Below are positions 26,901 to 37,852 of a stretch of DNA of 64,000 nt, in pieces. A program made the translations under genes and the position numbers. Source of the stretch: Lophium mytilinum (lineage: Eukaryota); assembly GCA_010093605.1 (NCBI GenBank), contig MU004191.1:1658816-1722815 (forward strand), read 5' to 3'. A model generated the notes under the pieces. That model worked only from the letters and a program-made list of their open reading frames with translations, had not been told where the DNA came from and searched no databases. The first letter of the stretch is position 1, and each line of letters starts with the position of its first letter.

Positions 26901-27635
26901 GTGTTGGGTACCGGGGTGCGCTTCTTGAATGACGCGAGCATCAGAACCGTGACCTTCGTGGGCAGGAGACTCTTCTCTCGCGCCTAGATCATCTTCAGAA
27001 ACCATGTCTCCGATCTCTCCGGAAGATTGTCCGGTCCCTGACTCGAAACGAGCGACGATTTCTTTCACCTTGCCATCGTTCTGTAAAATGTCCGTCGTAA
27101 ACCCGGAAAGAGTGGAATCCCCAAAGTCAATGGATACTGTCAAGCCAGAGAATCTATCTACGATAGAATCATAGTGTTGTTGAGTATCCAGACGAGACTC
27201 GACCGGTGTGGTCGACCTATCCAATGACGTTGATTGAAGCGCCTCAGTTGGTAAGGCTTCTGACTCGCACGCGGTAGCCATGGACGGTGTTGTTTTGATG
27301 GAAGATGTGACGTCAGAGTACCTACGAGCAGCTGTGATAACTCGGTCCGTTAATGGAGATACTGAGCTACGGTTCGTTGGCGTGACGGTAACGGAAGAGA
27401 CGTGAGAGCGGTCGGTGTCAGTTCGAGCCATTGAAGGAGCCTCACGCGAGAAGGTCTTTCCTGGTGGCATAGAGGAAGAACGGCCTGAGGTCAGTTGCGC
27501 CCGCTCCTGCCGGGACTCGCGCTGCGAGCCTAGGACGCGTTGTTGCTGAAAGCCCGGGGCTTTCTCGCAATAGTCCAGGAGAACGAACTCTTGGTGGCCG
27601 CAATTGCCGTGGAAGACATAGTTAAAGTAGCACAT
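23922..27635 (-). CDS. Large (about 1237 aa) Ser/Pro-rich disordered protein with Cys-containing termini and a PAM2-like motif
   Basis: Long intronless ORF. Likely ATG at 27635 (MCYFNYVFHGNCGH...YC). SLRATAPVFVP at about 25026-25058; C-terminal CG...CNKC. Confidence 0.85.
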   Translation of the reverse strand: MCYFNYVFHGNCGHQEFVLLDYCEKAPGFQQQRVLGSQRESRQERAQLTSGRSSSMPPGKTFSREAPSMARTDTDRSHVSSVTVTPTNRSSVSPLTDRVITAARRYSDVTSSIKTTPSMATACESEALPTEALQSTSLDRSTTPVESRLDTQQHYDSIVDRFSGLTVSIDFGDSTLSGFTTDILQNDGKVKEIVARFESGTGQSSGEIGDMVSEDDLGAREESPAHEGHGSDARVIQEAHPGTQHTDSQELQSSSSRKYDMEASLDELLWLGSPTGEPTSMLSQVPSFPMSPGKSPVPSITNPKANALALEDTPNPTSMSPLTQTACPSSPRKSVSRRPTESRGPHLETARRAAARGSKHSSPIEPSKTAKDRQKMIKGRRETVSRKENTAEASTPFAMEAVDLVEGDARSVEHPLSRPEPLSNKKLQSMSSKSALKDSSSGSPSRESPRRTNTIKITLSPTRSTVSSTAKEASPQPHSPLESVYGTARGSPVSHASTSSSDHSYSTAAEEMTQAEPFPKLTFANVELFEQSIVKSQASASQVSTIKLRKAARPKLSVVTSGSSTNETKTPKQIQPTSKAPQIIPSSPVSQIPLPATRPRRSTADSFSARSDIMEFINQRTTDRKASFGTEASTAPEIRIPLPESEVHSPDLGGQTKVNMKIGNIAVLERPTDTLSASPITRRTENMDTVHDEDEGVDAVTMLSAGTARTNSSGSMLFIGCDPPAELVSRPKATLAFPVLGEETVGEQSSSHKKSGKMSTVPERDGRDSPIEAGKNVPGEVRGRKALKRAASSTEASSKVPASPSPIPTIRRVSKLQSWSKELSSDASVPRPPSVGAVQQGSADAAQELAQVEPKSALGSLRATAPVFVPKFSNAGFANPGPPFDEPQDYSQHQSSFYLDPTEQDLAYSAYQPMPIAPQGPNPQSSYRSKKALKGPASYPAYPPTETAPKAPAYSPSRNRSPKKKQCKYKLKNKIDRSQNTEGTFKIGHSSHPSYGQATIDYPVQDQGPHQGMSSYSTYPQATSSQYPVPPQGFASLAAYAQATFDHLGGRIQDQGPSFGQGDSASVPFARQFDEVQAKDYPHGGAYRRERNDSSPGTISAHTIETLEEYVTRWRQNVADPETGYTGSPSAARGHDATGDYSTYGPRQRSPRPRKRQSDQGYVYYGRIAGQRVASAGMPLSSTAPFPNPVPPQYKSASVNSRTPAAGNPPKLVCGVFDVVQAVESLTTSCNKCAPDH

Positions 27636-28250
27636 GTTGACGTAAATGCCCCTAGGCGTTGCTGACGCGCACGTCGAGGTGTGGTGGGGTGGTGGTTGTG
27701 TTATTGGCGCAGGCAGAGGAAGGCGCGACGGGGGAAACTTATAACACGGCTTGGAAAATCTTGACGCCGAAACTTTCAGCTTTTCACGATGATGATCACC
27801 ACCACCTACCAATATAGACGTCTGCGTCTCTCGGTGAACGCTATGTCTAGTATGGAAGAAACTGACGCCTACAGGATAAACCACCCTTACTGACCTTTCT
27901 TCTGGTGCAATGTGCATCACAATAGTAGGCCATGCGTCTGGGCACACGGATAGCACTGTTCGACTACCGCTTTTGCAAGCTAGATACCACTGTCAAGGCC
28001 GGCCCCATCGTGAAGATACCTCTTGGTCAAAAGGAAGCTCAGATCACGCGGTCTAAAACCTGACATGACGCCTACCTTGTGGTCTCTCCATCGGGGTGCC
28101 CCTGACAGTGGCAACCGAGTGTGCACAGATTTATAGCCTGTCACTGTAGGAGCCTCACATCTGCTACGCTTCATCCGACCTACCAGTCTTATTAATCGTA
28201 CATTCTTGACTACCTACTAGTTGAATCCATCCGCAACAGTGGCCATTCAA

Positions 28251-29940
28251 CTACAATCTCCTCTTTTTCTTTGGGGCCGGTTTGGACTCTTGTAATCGCT
28301 TCAACTCTAGCCTCCTCCTGTCGGCGACCTCCTCGGCTGTCTCTGGCTCTGGCGTCGGAGCCTTCGGCTTTGGAGGTGCCGCTTCCGCTTTGCTTTCAGA
28401 TCTGGTAGGGGTATGCTGCAGAGGGCCATCTGAATCGGGGACCTTCGCTCTCGATGCCATACTCTGAGTGCCAATACTCTCACGATCAACAGCTACATGT
28501 GGGTCTGGTGTGCGCGAGAGTGTTGCGCCTCTCGATTGCACTGCGTCATCCTTCTTTCCGCCAATCTTGAATCGACTCCGCACCGGTTTAGGCGGAATCG
28601 AAGAGGCTCTAGTTGGTGCCGTTATGTCGGGCGAGGGCTGTTCGTGCGAGCTCGGTATAGCATCCATCTGCTCATGTTGTGACGTGATTTCTGGCGTAGG
28701 CTCTTTCTTTGGTTTGCCGATCGTAAATCTGCTCCGAGGTTTTGGTGGTGCCGGTTTCTCTACTGGCACATGATTCCTGACGTCTGGCGTCGCTGTGTGC
28801 TCAGTTGGGTTTTGGGATAACGGCTCCTGCTTGATTGCCTTCCGCGGAGCGTCTAAGTCCTCATCTTCCGTCGACTCATCGTCGTCAGAGTGGTCGTTTT
28901 GCTCAAACTTCCCGCGAGTTTTCTTGTCTTGTTGGGGGAGTTTTGACTTCCCGTTCCCGTGTGGCTCAGCTTTCTTTAGGTGGGGTGGTGTGGCTTGCCT
29001 CTAGGAAAGCAAAGCCAGACAATCAGCAGGATGAAGCATCAGGGCTGGCGGAATTGCTACTTACCTGGAATTCGTCGTCATCATCCTCAGTTTCCATAGC
29101 CTCATCCTCAATTGCTACAGCTTTAGTAGGCAAAGTAACCTCCTTGGGTTGGGAGAACTCGTTGAGATGGGTCCACCAGAGCTCATCTTGATCTCCGATC
29201 TCTACATCGCCCGAAAGACCCACATGCATATCAGTAGCCATATTTTCCATCACTTCATCTATCGTAGATGGTGCGGCTGTTGACGAAGTTGAGGTTGAAC
29301 GCCACTCATCTTCGCGAAAGGTGCGAAGTCCGGGTACGTGCTTCGCTGCCTGTTCCCGCTTGATAGTCTTCTTGGAGCCTCGCAACCCAGTGATACTGGG
29401 GAAAACGGTTGTCAGGTCAATATTTATTGAATCTAGCTGATCGAGGAGTTTAGAGATGACTTTGTCCTTCTCTTGAAGATGATGGACTAAGTCGTTTATC
29501 TGAGTTCTCTGCTTGAACGATGAGGCAAGAAGTGGCAGGGTTAACTGCTTGCTTATGTCTTCTAAGGGCAGTAGTTCGAGGTGGAAGTTCCAATTGAAAG
29601 GGTCCAGCGGCTCAGGCAAGGCCAGCTTTGCCTGTAGGATGAGCTCGCCTGTGCTCTCTAAGATGATCTTGTGGCTATTTCCGTCAGACTGCTTGAGGGC
29701 GGAGGCCACCGTCTCCAAAAGATCACCAAAGTTTGACTTGTCTATGTTCCCAAAGTGATTATCTTCGGAGGTACCACGCTCTTTGATAGCATATTCGTCC
29801 AGCTGCTCCGACCAAACACGGCTTAGATCCGTGACATATATGGCATACTCTCGTGATTTGAATGAAGTTTTAAGAAACAACGGAGGAGCCGCTGGTCCGG
29901 TATTCGAGATGCGCAGCCGCACCCAGGCTGGTGCCTCCAT
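28251..29940 (-). CDS. xlf1: XLF/Cernunnos (XRCC4-like factor, Nej1/Xlf1 family) NHEJ protein
   Basis: W..L...PPLFLK...YAIYVTDLSRVWSEQL head domain, LPEPLDPFNWNFHL, coiled coil LQEKDKVISKLLD. Intron 29001-29064. Low-complexity tail ending KKKRRL. Confidence 0.82.
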
Positions 29941-30331
29941 CTCGCTGATAATTGAAGTATACGCGTCGTGAGTGCTCCTTTGACGAAAAGACGCGTCAGA
30001 TACAAAGACATATGTAGAGCGCAATACTATGTGATTCACCTCGACATCCTTAAAGAGGATCTTCACGGGAATGAGAGCCACCGAGGTCTGCGTGAAGAAC
30101 TGGCATTATTGGCGTCGAGTGTGGTTGTGAACAGCGGGATAGGCATCAAGGTGGACCCTTGAAGGAAAGAGTCGGGCCGTCTTGGCGGCATTTCCGACGT
30201 CACGTCTCGGTGAACTTTCGCGCCTCACCAGCATAACCTTCACACCTCACTATTTTACATTGCCTTAGTACGTCAAAGCGGTCTCGAAGTCGTATACTAC
30301 ATCCTGGACCGCCTCGGAACGTCTCTAGAAT

Positions 30332-32146
30332 ATGGACAGCCGGAATCCACCACCATGGCGCAAGGGTCCTCAGGGCCCTCCTCCTTCGAAGAAACCAGCC
30401 CCTCCATCCACAATCCCAAGAAAGCGCTCGGCGGACACTCAGGAAGCGGCCTGGGTGGCGGACGAGGATCGATTCGTTTTGCAGCAAGCAAAGAAGAAAG
30501 CTGCCATCCGAGTAAAAGGCGGGAGAGCCAAACCAATCGACTGGCTAGCTGTAACCCTCCGAATCATCGATCCTACCAAGAATCCATTGGACGACGAGGT
30601 TGACGATTCGGAGCTGGATGTTGTGGACCCCGAGGGTGTTCTGGAAGGATTAAACGACTCTCAGCTAGAGGAGTTGGAGAAAGATATCGGCGTTTACCTG
30701 ACTCTCGAGACAAATCGAAGCAATCAAGAGTACTGGAGCGTAAGTCCTGCAAACTCCAATTTCTTGGATATGTCTAATTCGGTCTAGACTATGAGGATTA
30801 TCTGCAAAGACCGCCGTCAGCGATCAAAGGCTGCGGCACCCGAAGCACGCGGGGTCGGCTCCGTTTCCGCCGACGTAGATCGGCTACTGGGCCCCAAAAC
30901 ATATGAAGAGTTGGAGGCCTTGGAGAAACAGATTCGAAAGAAGTTGAACTCAAACGAGCCCATTGATGTGGATTATTGGGAGCATCTCCTTCGGAGCTTG
31001 ATGGTATGGAAGGCCAAGGCGAAATTGCGACGAGTGTCACAGGCTATCCTGAGCAGTCGGCTGGACAAGCTGCGGAAGCAACAACAAGACGAAGCAGACT
31101 CCGTGCGAGAAAAGCTTAAGATCGTCCTCGGTACGTCGACGCTATCGAGCGACACTACGCCAATTCAATACGACGCGGAACTCGATCCCGAACCGTCACT
31201 GAAAGTTCGACCAGAGGACAAAGCTCTTGACTCTGTCGAAGAGAAGTTATTCCTTGAACAAGTAGTGCGTAAAACTAGTTTCACCCTCCGGTCTATCTGC
31301 TTCTAACTAACAGCGTAGGTCGACGAGAGGCGCAAAGTTCTCAAACTTGGCTACGTGCCCGTTCGCCAGAAAATGTCCGAAAAGGCTTCAAGTCAATTGC
31401 CTTCAAGACCACACGAGTCGGCAGCTCTTGGACCGGCCAGGTTTGCGCCAGCCCGCGGTGACGACTTCTCTCAAGCAACGACGGCGCTCTACGAGCGTGA
31501 GGTTGCACGAGGAGTAGATGAAAATGAAGAAATATTTGCTGGGGAAGAGGAGGTCTCCACTGCTAGTAAACCTCAGTGGGCAAATAAGTATCGACCCAGG
31601 AAACCGCGCTACTTTAACAGAGTCCAGATGGGCTATGAGTGGAATAAGTACAACCAAACTCACTACGATCACGACAATCCTCCGCCTAAAGTGGTACAGG
31701 GGTACAAGTTCAACGTCTTTTACCCAGACTTGATCGACAAGAGCAAAGCGCCCACCTATAGGATTGAGCGAGAAAATGGCAGGAAGAAAGGCCAGTCTTT
31801 CGCCCCAGCTGGCGAGGAAGACACCTGTCTGATCCGTTTCGTTGCTGGTCCCCCCTACGAAGACGTAGCCTTCCGAATAGTCGACAAAGAGTGGGATTTC
31901 AGCGCCAAGAGAGAGCGGGGCTTCAAAAGCAGCTTTGACAAGGTACGTCGTTGTGGAGTGCGGAGGATGTGCTGTCGTAGCTGTGTGCTACGCCGGCAAC
32001 GCAGGCATTTGGAAACACATCCATGCTGACACTACATAGGGTATCCTGCAGCTGCATTTCCAGTTCAAAAAAGTGAGCAATTCTTCTCATATTGGTTGTT
32101 TGACAAGCTTCCGGGCTAACGCCTGCAGATCTATTATCGAAAATAA
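30332..32146 (+). CDS. Cactin (spliceosome-associated protein), 5 exons
   Basis: EDRFVLQQAKKKAAIRVKGGRAKPID, YRPRKPRYFNRVQMGYEWNKYNQTHYDHDNPPPKVVQGYKFN, AGPPYEDVAFRIV. Introns 30740-30787, 31265-31318, 31943-32039, 32073-32128. Confidence 0.95.
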
Positions 32147-33424
32147 TTATGGCCCGACCGGTCCACTTTCCTGTCAGCCGCCGACGGCCACTTAAGCCAG
32201 GGTGTGCTATATGTGAGCTTCATTCAACGGCTGTCCATAGTACTCAGGTGCATCGAGCTTGGCGCGCCTCGGTAAATACTACCCTTGGAAATCGAATCGT
32301 TAGGGGGTGCTTATATGTAATTCAGCCACAACCCTAGATGCCACCCCTATTCAAGTTATTACTGCTTTCAGATTACAGTTTGATATTCGCCGATCTCACA
32401 CTTGGATGCATGTTCCTTCTTTCTCTTTGCTCCTCGGACTTCGTGAGGTTCGCTGAAGTGACGCTACTTGGACATGCCGATTTCAAGAACGATTCGAATC
32501 AACTTTTCAGCCCGTAAGGCGGTCGATCGCGGACGACGGTCTTTGCATGATGATATTTGCATCCCGCTAGTCGTTACCCGCAGTCTGGGGATTTTCTTGG
32601 TGCAGAAGGGCGGATACATGAAGGTCGTGGGCGCCCGCTCTCCGCAGCCCCACCGGACGGTCAGGCTCTATTGTGTCCAAATGCGGACAAAGCTTTGCAC
32701 GTGTGAGGCAGAAGAACAACGGCGGTTGTTGCGATGAGCAAGCCGGCGTGTAACAGCGCGTGCGCTTTGTTACTGGCGGCACGGCTTAATGTCCCGCCAC
32801 GCTCTCACAAACCCCCCAGATGGTCGTGTGCTTGGGCACCATGGTGCAACACAGGGCGCGCGATTCTAGAAGACCTGGGACGCATGGAACCCGGGCAGAC
32901 GCCTGAAGGCGGCGTTATTGCAGCAGGCCTCTCCGGCCGGCACTGACAACATGGGCTGCTGCATGTTCCCGCTCGGGGCCTGGCACACCAGTCACCGCCC
33001 ACAAAGCGGTGGGACTGCGTTGGTCATGCCTCCCTTGTCCCTTTGCCAATTGGCCGCGGCGTCGGGCTTGCAAGGCGTCCGCCGCCTACAGCAGCCTGCG
33101 CCGGATTGTCACACTCACCATGGAGAAAGGCTTTGATATCGGCCTGTTTGCTGCCATCGCCGGCTGCGGCAGGAAAAAGCTCTTGCGCATGCGCTGGCAG
33201 CCGCTGCCAGATGACTGTGCGTGCTGCTGCTCCCGATCTGGGGCAGTCCGGCTCGATAGAAATGTCTCAGCATTCGCTTCACTCTTTCTGGACGCCCTAT
33301 TGACCACTCTGATCGCGCCATCTTCACCACTCGCGCCGTACCACCATTGGCGCTGGCATCGCATCTGGCCACTGCTCGAGATCTCTCTTCTCCAATCCTA
33401 CTGCAGCTAGACAGCACAGCGACC

Positions 33425-35061
33425 ATGTCGCGCCCAGTCTCACCCCATCAGACGTACCCCGGGGACCCCTCTGCAGAAGTCGGTATCACTGCTGCACCGC
33501 AGAGCCCCTTCTGTCCCAACGGCCTTCCCGATATTCAAAACCCTTCCTCTTCGCCCTCCCTGTTGGCTACACCGCGCTTCATGGCGTCCACATCCTCTGC
33601 TCCCGCCAATTCCAGGGCATCTCGCTTCCAGCCATCACTGATGGATATCAACGAGAGCCTCCAGTGGTCTCCAGGATGCGACCTTCCCTTTTCTCAGCTT
33701 TCACAGGAACCTTCCAACTATCAGATGACACAGCAGTACACTCCAGACTCCAGTGCCCTTTACAATTACACCGCTCAGCGGCTCCCTTACAGGTCTTCTT
33801 ACAACATGACATACTCTCCCACAACCACCGAGTCTAGCTGTCCTCGCACCTACACTGGCCTTGATCTAGTCGGCTCTGCAGGAAACATGAATGAATCGTA
33901 TCCTCCTTCGGCGTATCTCCTCGAGCCCCAGAAACCTCAGGACATGCTGGACATATCATCTCACCTCACCCCTGGATCTATGTGCAATTTTGAGGACGAC
34001 TTCGAAGGACACTGCCCAGCCATGATGAAGTCCGAAGATTCGAACTACGGCCATTCTCGGTTTGATTCAGATATCAGTATGCCAAACAGCATTTCTACGC
34101 CAGAGCCTCAGGTGACTTCCGTCGATACTTGTAAAAGCGAACCATCTCACGAAGACGCAAACGTGGACAAGGAGCAGCCGTATGCCCAACTTATCTACCG
34201 CGCTCTCATGGAGCAAGAAGGCCACACAATGGTCCTTCGAGATATCTACAACTGGTTCAAACGCAACACAGACAAGGCCACCGACAAAGAAACCAAGGGA
34301 TGGCAAAACAGTATACGTCACAATCTTTCCATGAATGGGGTAAGAGCTCTCAATTGTCGATCTGAACCGTATATGACTAACCTGTTCAGGCATTTGAGAA
34401 GGTAGATCAGCCAGTCGGAGATGCCATGACCCGAGAAGAAGCTAAGAAAGGCTTCATGTGGAGGCTGACGGATAGCGCGATCCGTGAAGGTGTCAAAAGT
34501 ACCACCAGATACAGGAGCAAGCTACCAAACAAACGAGGCTGCAGATCGCAAAATCCTGCGCCACAGCGACAAGCGTCTGGAGCGAAGGGAGGCCAAGCTG
34601 CAAGGAAAGCTGCGCGTCTGAGACGATCGGAACGACTGAGAGACACACGCAGCGTGCCGATGCACAAAGGCGACACGTATCCACCAAGGCCCGGGCCAGC
34701 ATACACTCCATTCGATAATTTCTCTCCTTCTGATCTTGCCATGGGTTACCCGGCATCGCCATACTACTGCCATTCCGAGATGGACTTCGGTAGTCCGGTC
34801 AAGCAAGAGGCCTTGCCGTCTCCCTTTGGACAGAATCTAGACATTCTCTCAGGACAACCGTATCCAGACTCACCGCAAGATCTCTGTCCCGATATGCGCT
34901 ACCTTCTTCCGTACTCGCCTGAAGAACCCATGTTCTACGGTAGTGGATCGGAATCTGGGAGTGAACCAATGACCCCACTGTCGTCACAAGACTACTGCGC
35001 TATGGACACGTCCATGCCACAGGACCCTGCATGCCACCCTGAGGCTGGCGAAATCTATTGA
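33425..35061 (+). CDS. Forkhead (winged-helix) transcription factor
   Basis: ATG at 33425. PYAQLIYRAL...LRDIYNWF...GWQNSIRHNLSMNG|AFEKV...KGFMWRL, with intron 34340-34389. Confidence 0.93.
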
Positions 35062-35676
35062 TGCGGATCTAATCACCAAAGTTGGTTAGCGGTTCATTTC
35101 ACTGATAATATTTCCTTGCATAGTCTACAGCAATTTATTTTTCCCAACCCTCTTCACGGCGGCGGCAATTCTAGCCAAATTATCATCCTGTGCTTTTGCA
35201 TATCTCATGCATGGGCGCGCGTTAGTATCATCGCCTCTCCAATGATGGTGAACGCGGCGTTGGGGAGGTTCTATTACGACATGTCACGATTTCACTCATA
35301 TTCGCATCGCATCACATCCGCATCATTTCATACTCTACACAGTTTCCTTCGCAAAAACCTCGTTTGCTGCTCGCATTCTATCGTCACGGCCCCCATCTAC
35401 TAAGCAACCTATAGACTTATCTTCGCATAACGATTGTGCCTTTCTGCTCGAGTCGTCTAGGAGATGAAACGGGACGTCTCTCTTGTACAGATATGTACAA
35501 AATATCCATGGTTCTTGTGCTCTAGAACTGGCAGCTGGGAGGAAAGGTCCAAGATAGAGATCAATGTTTATTACTGGTACACCTATGCTTGCATCCATAT
35601 TTTCGGTTTCACTGCTGCTGGCACCCTGAAAAGCGATCTGCGAGTCACCAATTTCAAACTCACACAGCAGGAGGGG

Positions 35677-37085
35677 TCCAACACCTATCTCTTACTCGAT
35701 CGAGGCACTAACCCTAACTTAGCATAAAGATGCCGATAGCCTTGCCAACGTCAGCCCAACGCCCACAATTGCAGAGAAATGCGAGAGCCTCTTCGAGGGC
35801 CCTCAGCCCGCCTCCTGTGCTGCTGGCACCTTACGGCTCGGCAAAAGACACGGCTCGGGACTTGCAACGGGTGCTGTATGGTCCACGATGCAGCCACTCT
35901 CGCGATGGCGAGATTGGCAGCGTCTCAGCTGCGCGTGTCGGCGCACATGGGCTGCGGTCCATATTTCGTCAGCCGTTACGCTTATCGCTCTCGTACTCCC
36001 CTTCCTGCACGTTGCGGCCTCCAGCTGCAGACGCGGTTATGTTCCGGTGTCAAAACTCGGAGGTTTGATGTGCTGTGGAACATGTAGGTGAGTAAAATCT
36101 CCGCTGTTGCCAGGGATAGTTTCACTTTTGATGTCATGCTTTCGATGTTTCCTTTAGTCGAGTTGTAAAGGTTATGCTCAGCCTTGCGAGCGATAGCCAT
36201 ACATATTGTTGTCATGCTTTATATACATGCCTCACAAGTCAAGCCGCGTTCTGCTATCTTGATACCCAGGTAAAGACATCATTTCCTGATGCATCAACCA
36301 TAAAAATAGCCTGAATTCTTACGCATCAAATCAGCATCTCCGTTAATTCCTTCTTTGACTCCAAGCACGCACGCGAGCTTCCCCTCAACCTAACCACCAA
36401 TGACAGACTCGTTAACCTTAGCATTGGTCCGCTGCGGACCGTACCGCGAATCCGCACCGAAACGGGCCGGTCCAGAGCTACTGGCTCTGGATCCCGAGCG
36501 CCACCACTCTCCGCAGCGGGCATGCAGGAGGCAGTCTGTCCCCTCGTCGCCGCGAAAGATCTCATCGCCGCTACTCCCACCACACCAAGGGCACCGATTG
36601 TGACACAAAATGTTTCAAGAGAAGTGTCACTGCAGTAAATCGCTGCCTTGGGCCCGGATGCATGCTACCCTGGAATCCAGACCAATAATATGATGTCCCA
36701 TCAAGATTTACGGCGCAGTGGCCATGCGGTTCGTCGTCGAGGTTCACTGACACTAGTCGCGGAAGGTGATCCGCTGCAGAAAGGAACATGCCACGCATGC
36801 ATGGCGATCCTGTCCCGCACAGTTGGAGTTTACTGCCGGCAGAAAGATCTGTAGGGCGTGAAGTGGTTCCCATTGGTCAACTTTGATGGTTGCAGGGCCT
36901 GAAGCTTGATTTGTTATTCGTGCCAAGCAACACATCTAGAGAGGCAGGCTCGGTGTCACAAAAACTGGCAGTTCGCTTAAGCCAATTTTAGCGTAGAAGA
37001 CTGCCAGTTTTTGTGACACCGAGCCTGAGAGGCGCCCCGCTTTGGCAGATCGGTTGGTTCCAACGCCTCCTCGATCGAGGTTGGA
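35677..37085 (+). ncRNA. Candidate telomerase RNA core (transcript boundaries unknown)
   Basis: CTAACCCTAAC at 35708-35718, complementary to TTAGGG repeats. Possible helix 35695-35705 with 37069-37079 (plus 35677-35682 with 37080-37085) ending 2 nt before the template. Many hairpins and no credible ORF. P6.1 and Sm site not identified. Confidence 0.35.
36945..37027. mobile_element. 83-bp MITE-like element: 28-bp perfect TIRs, 5-bp TSD (AGAGG)
   Basis: CAGGCTCGGTGTCACAAAAACTGGCAGT at 36945-36972 and its exact reverse complement at 37000-37027. AGAGG at 36940-36944 and 37028-37032. Confidence 0.85.
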
Positions 37086-37600
37086 GCTATGCATGTTCGA
37101 CAGCTTATAATAACTTACCAAACACGAATAGCTGTGCTGCCCGTGCTTTGATCTGAGGAGAGCTGAAAACTTGGGCAGGCAGAGCGGACCAAAATCAATT
37201 TCCATTTCACAGTCTTCTGCCTCCACTTAGAGATACTCGGTTCTGTTACTGTCTTGTGTTTTCTGCCTCCGCTTCATACTCAGTCAATTTCTTGCGTTCC
37301 ACAATCGCCAATATTTCTAACTTGCCACGATACTGAATAGTCTCACTGACCTTGAGAAGGCTTAGAATGCTCCCGTAGGCCTCCTCCTCTCAAAATTCTC
37401 AGTTCTCTGACTAGTCACTTGTCCCCTCAGCTGGGAGGATTTGGCTAGTCTTGAATGAGGCCTTGAGCAGGATGATCTCTGTGGTAGAAGCTGAAATCTT
37501 GAACGGTGAGGCTGAAACAGACACCCACCTTCAGTCGGCACATCGTCTTTTGGGGCCTTTTTTCAAGTACAAGGCCTGGTTCAGTCATAATGCTACTTGC

Positions 37601-37852
37601 CACGCGGGTGACACAAAAAGCCGTACACCAAAACCGCTTATCGTTTTTAGAACACAATTACACCCCAACGCTCTGAGAGAACAATATTTGAAAAGCAGAT
37701 GATAATAATCTTCAAAAGCAGCTCTATCTGTCAGGATTAGTTCTGTATGCTGATTAGTAGTGGTGGAGTGAGACGGCTTCGCTTTAAGGTGTACTTCGCT
37801 GACCTAAGTGATTTAGGTGGTTTGGTGTACGGCTTTTTGTGTCACCCGCGTG
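37601..37852. mobile_element. 252-bp MITE: 32-bp perfect TIRs, 5-bp TSD (CTTGC)
   Basis: CACGCGGGTGACACAAAAAGCCGTACACCAAA at 37601-37632 and its exact reverse complement at 37821-37852. CTTGC at 37596-37600 and 37853-37857. AT-rich non-coding interior. Confidence 0.9.

Noticed and set aside
27636..27956. N-terminal extension of the 1344-aa ORF
   Set aside because: It begins at a non-ATG codon; the ATG at 27635 preceding the Cys motif is the more plausible start, although an in-frame upstream ATG exists.
35936..35948. 13-mer GTGTCGGCGCACA shared with about 51410
   Set aside because: Repeated 13-mers are expected by chance in 64 kb, and the flanks do not align.
37100..37500. Minus-strand pseudogene-like reading frame
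   Set aside because: Multiple stops and no recognisable family; not distinguishable from chance.
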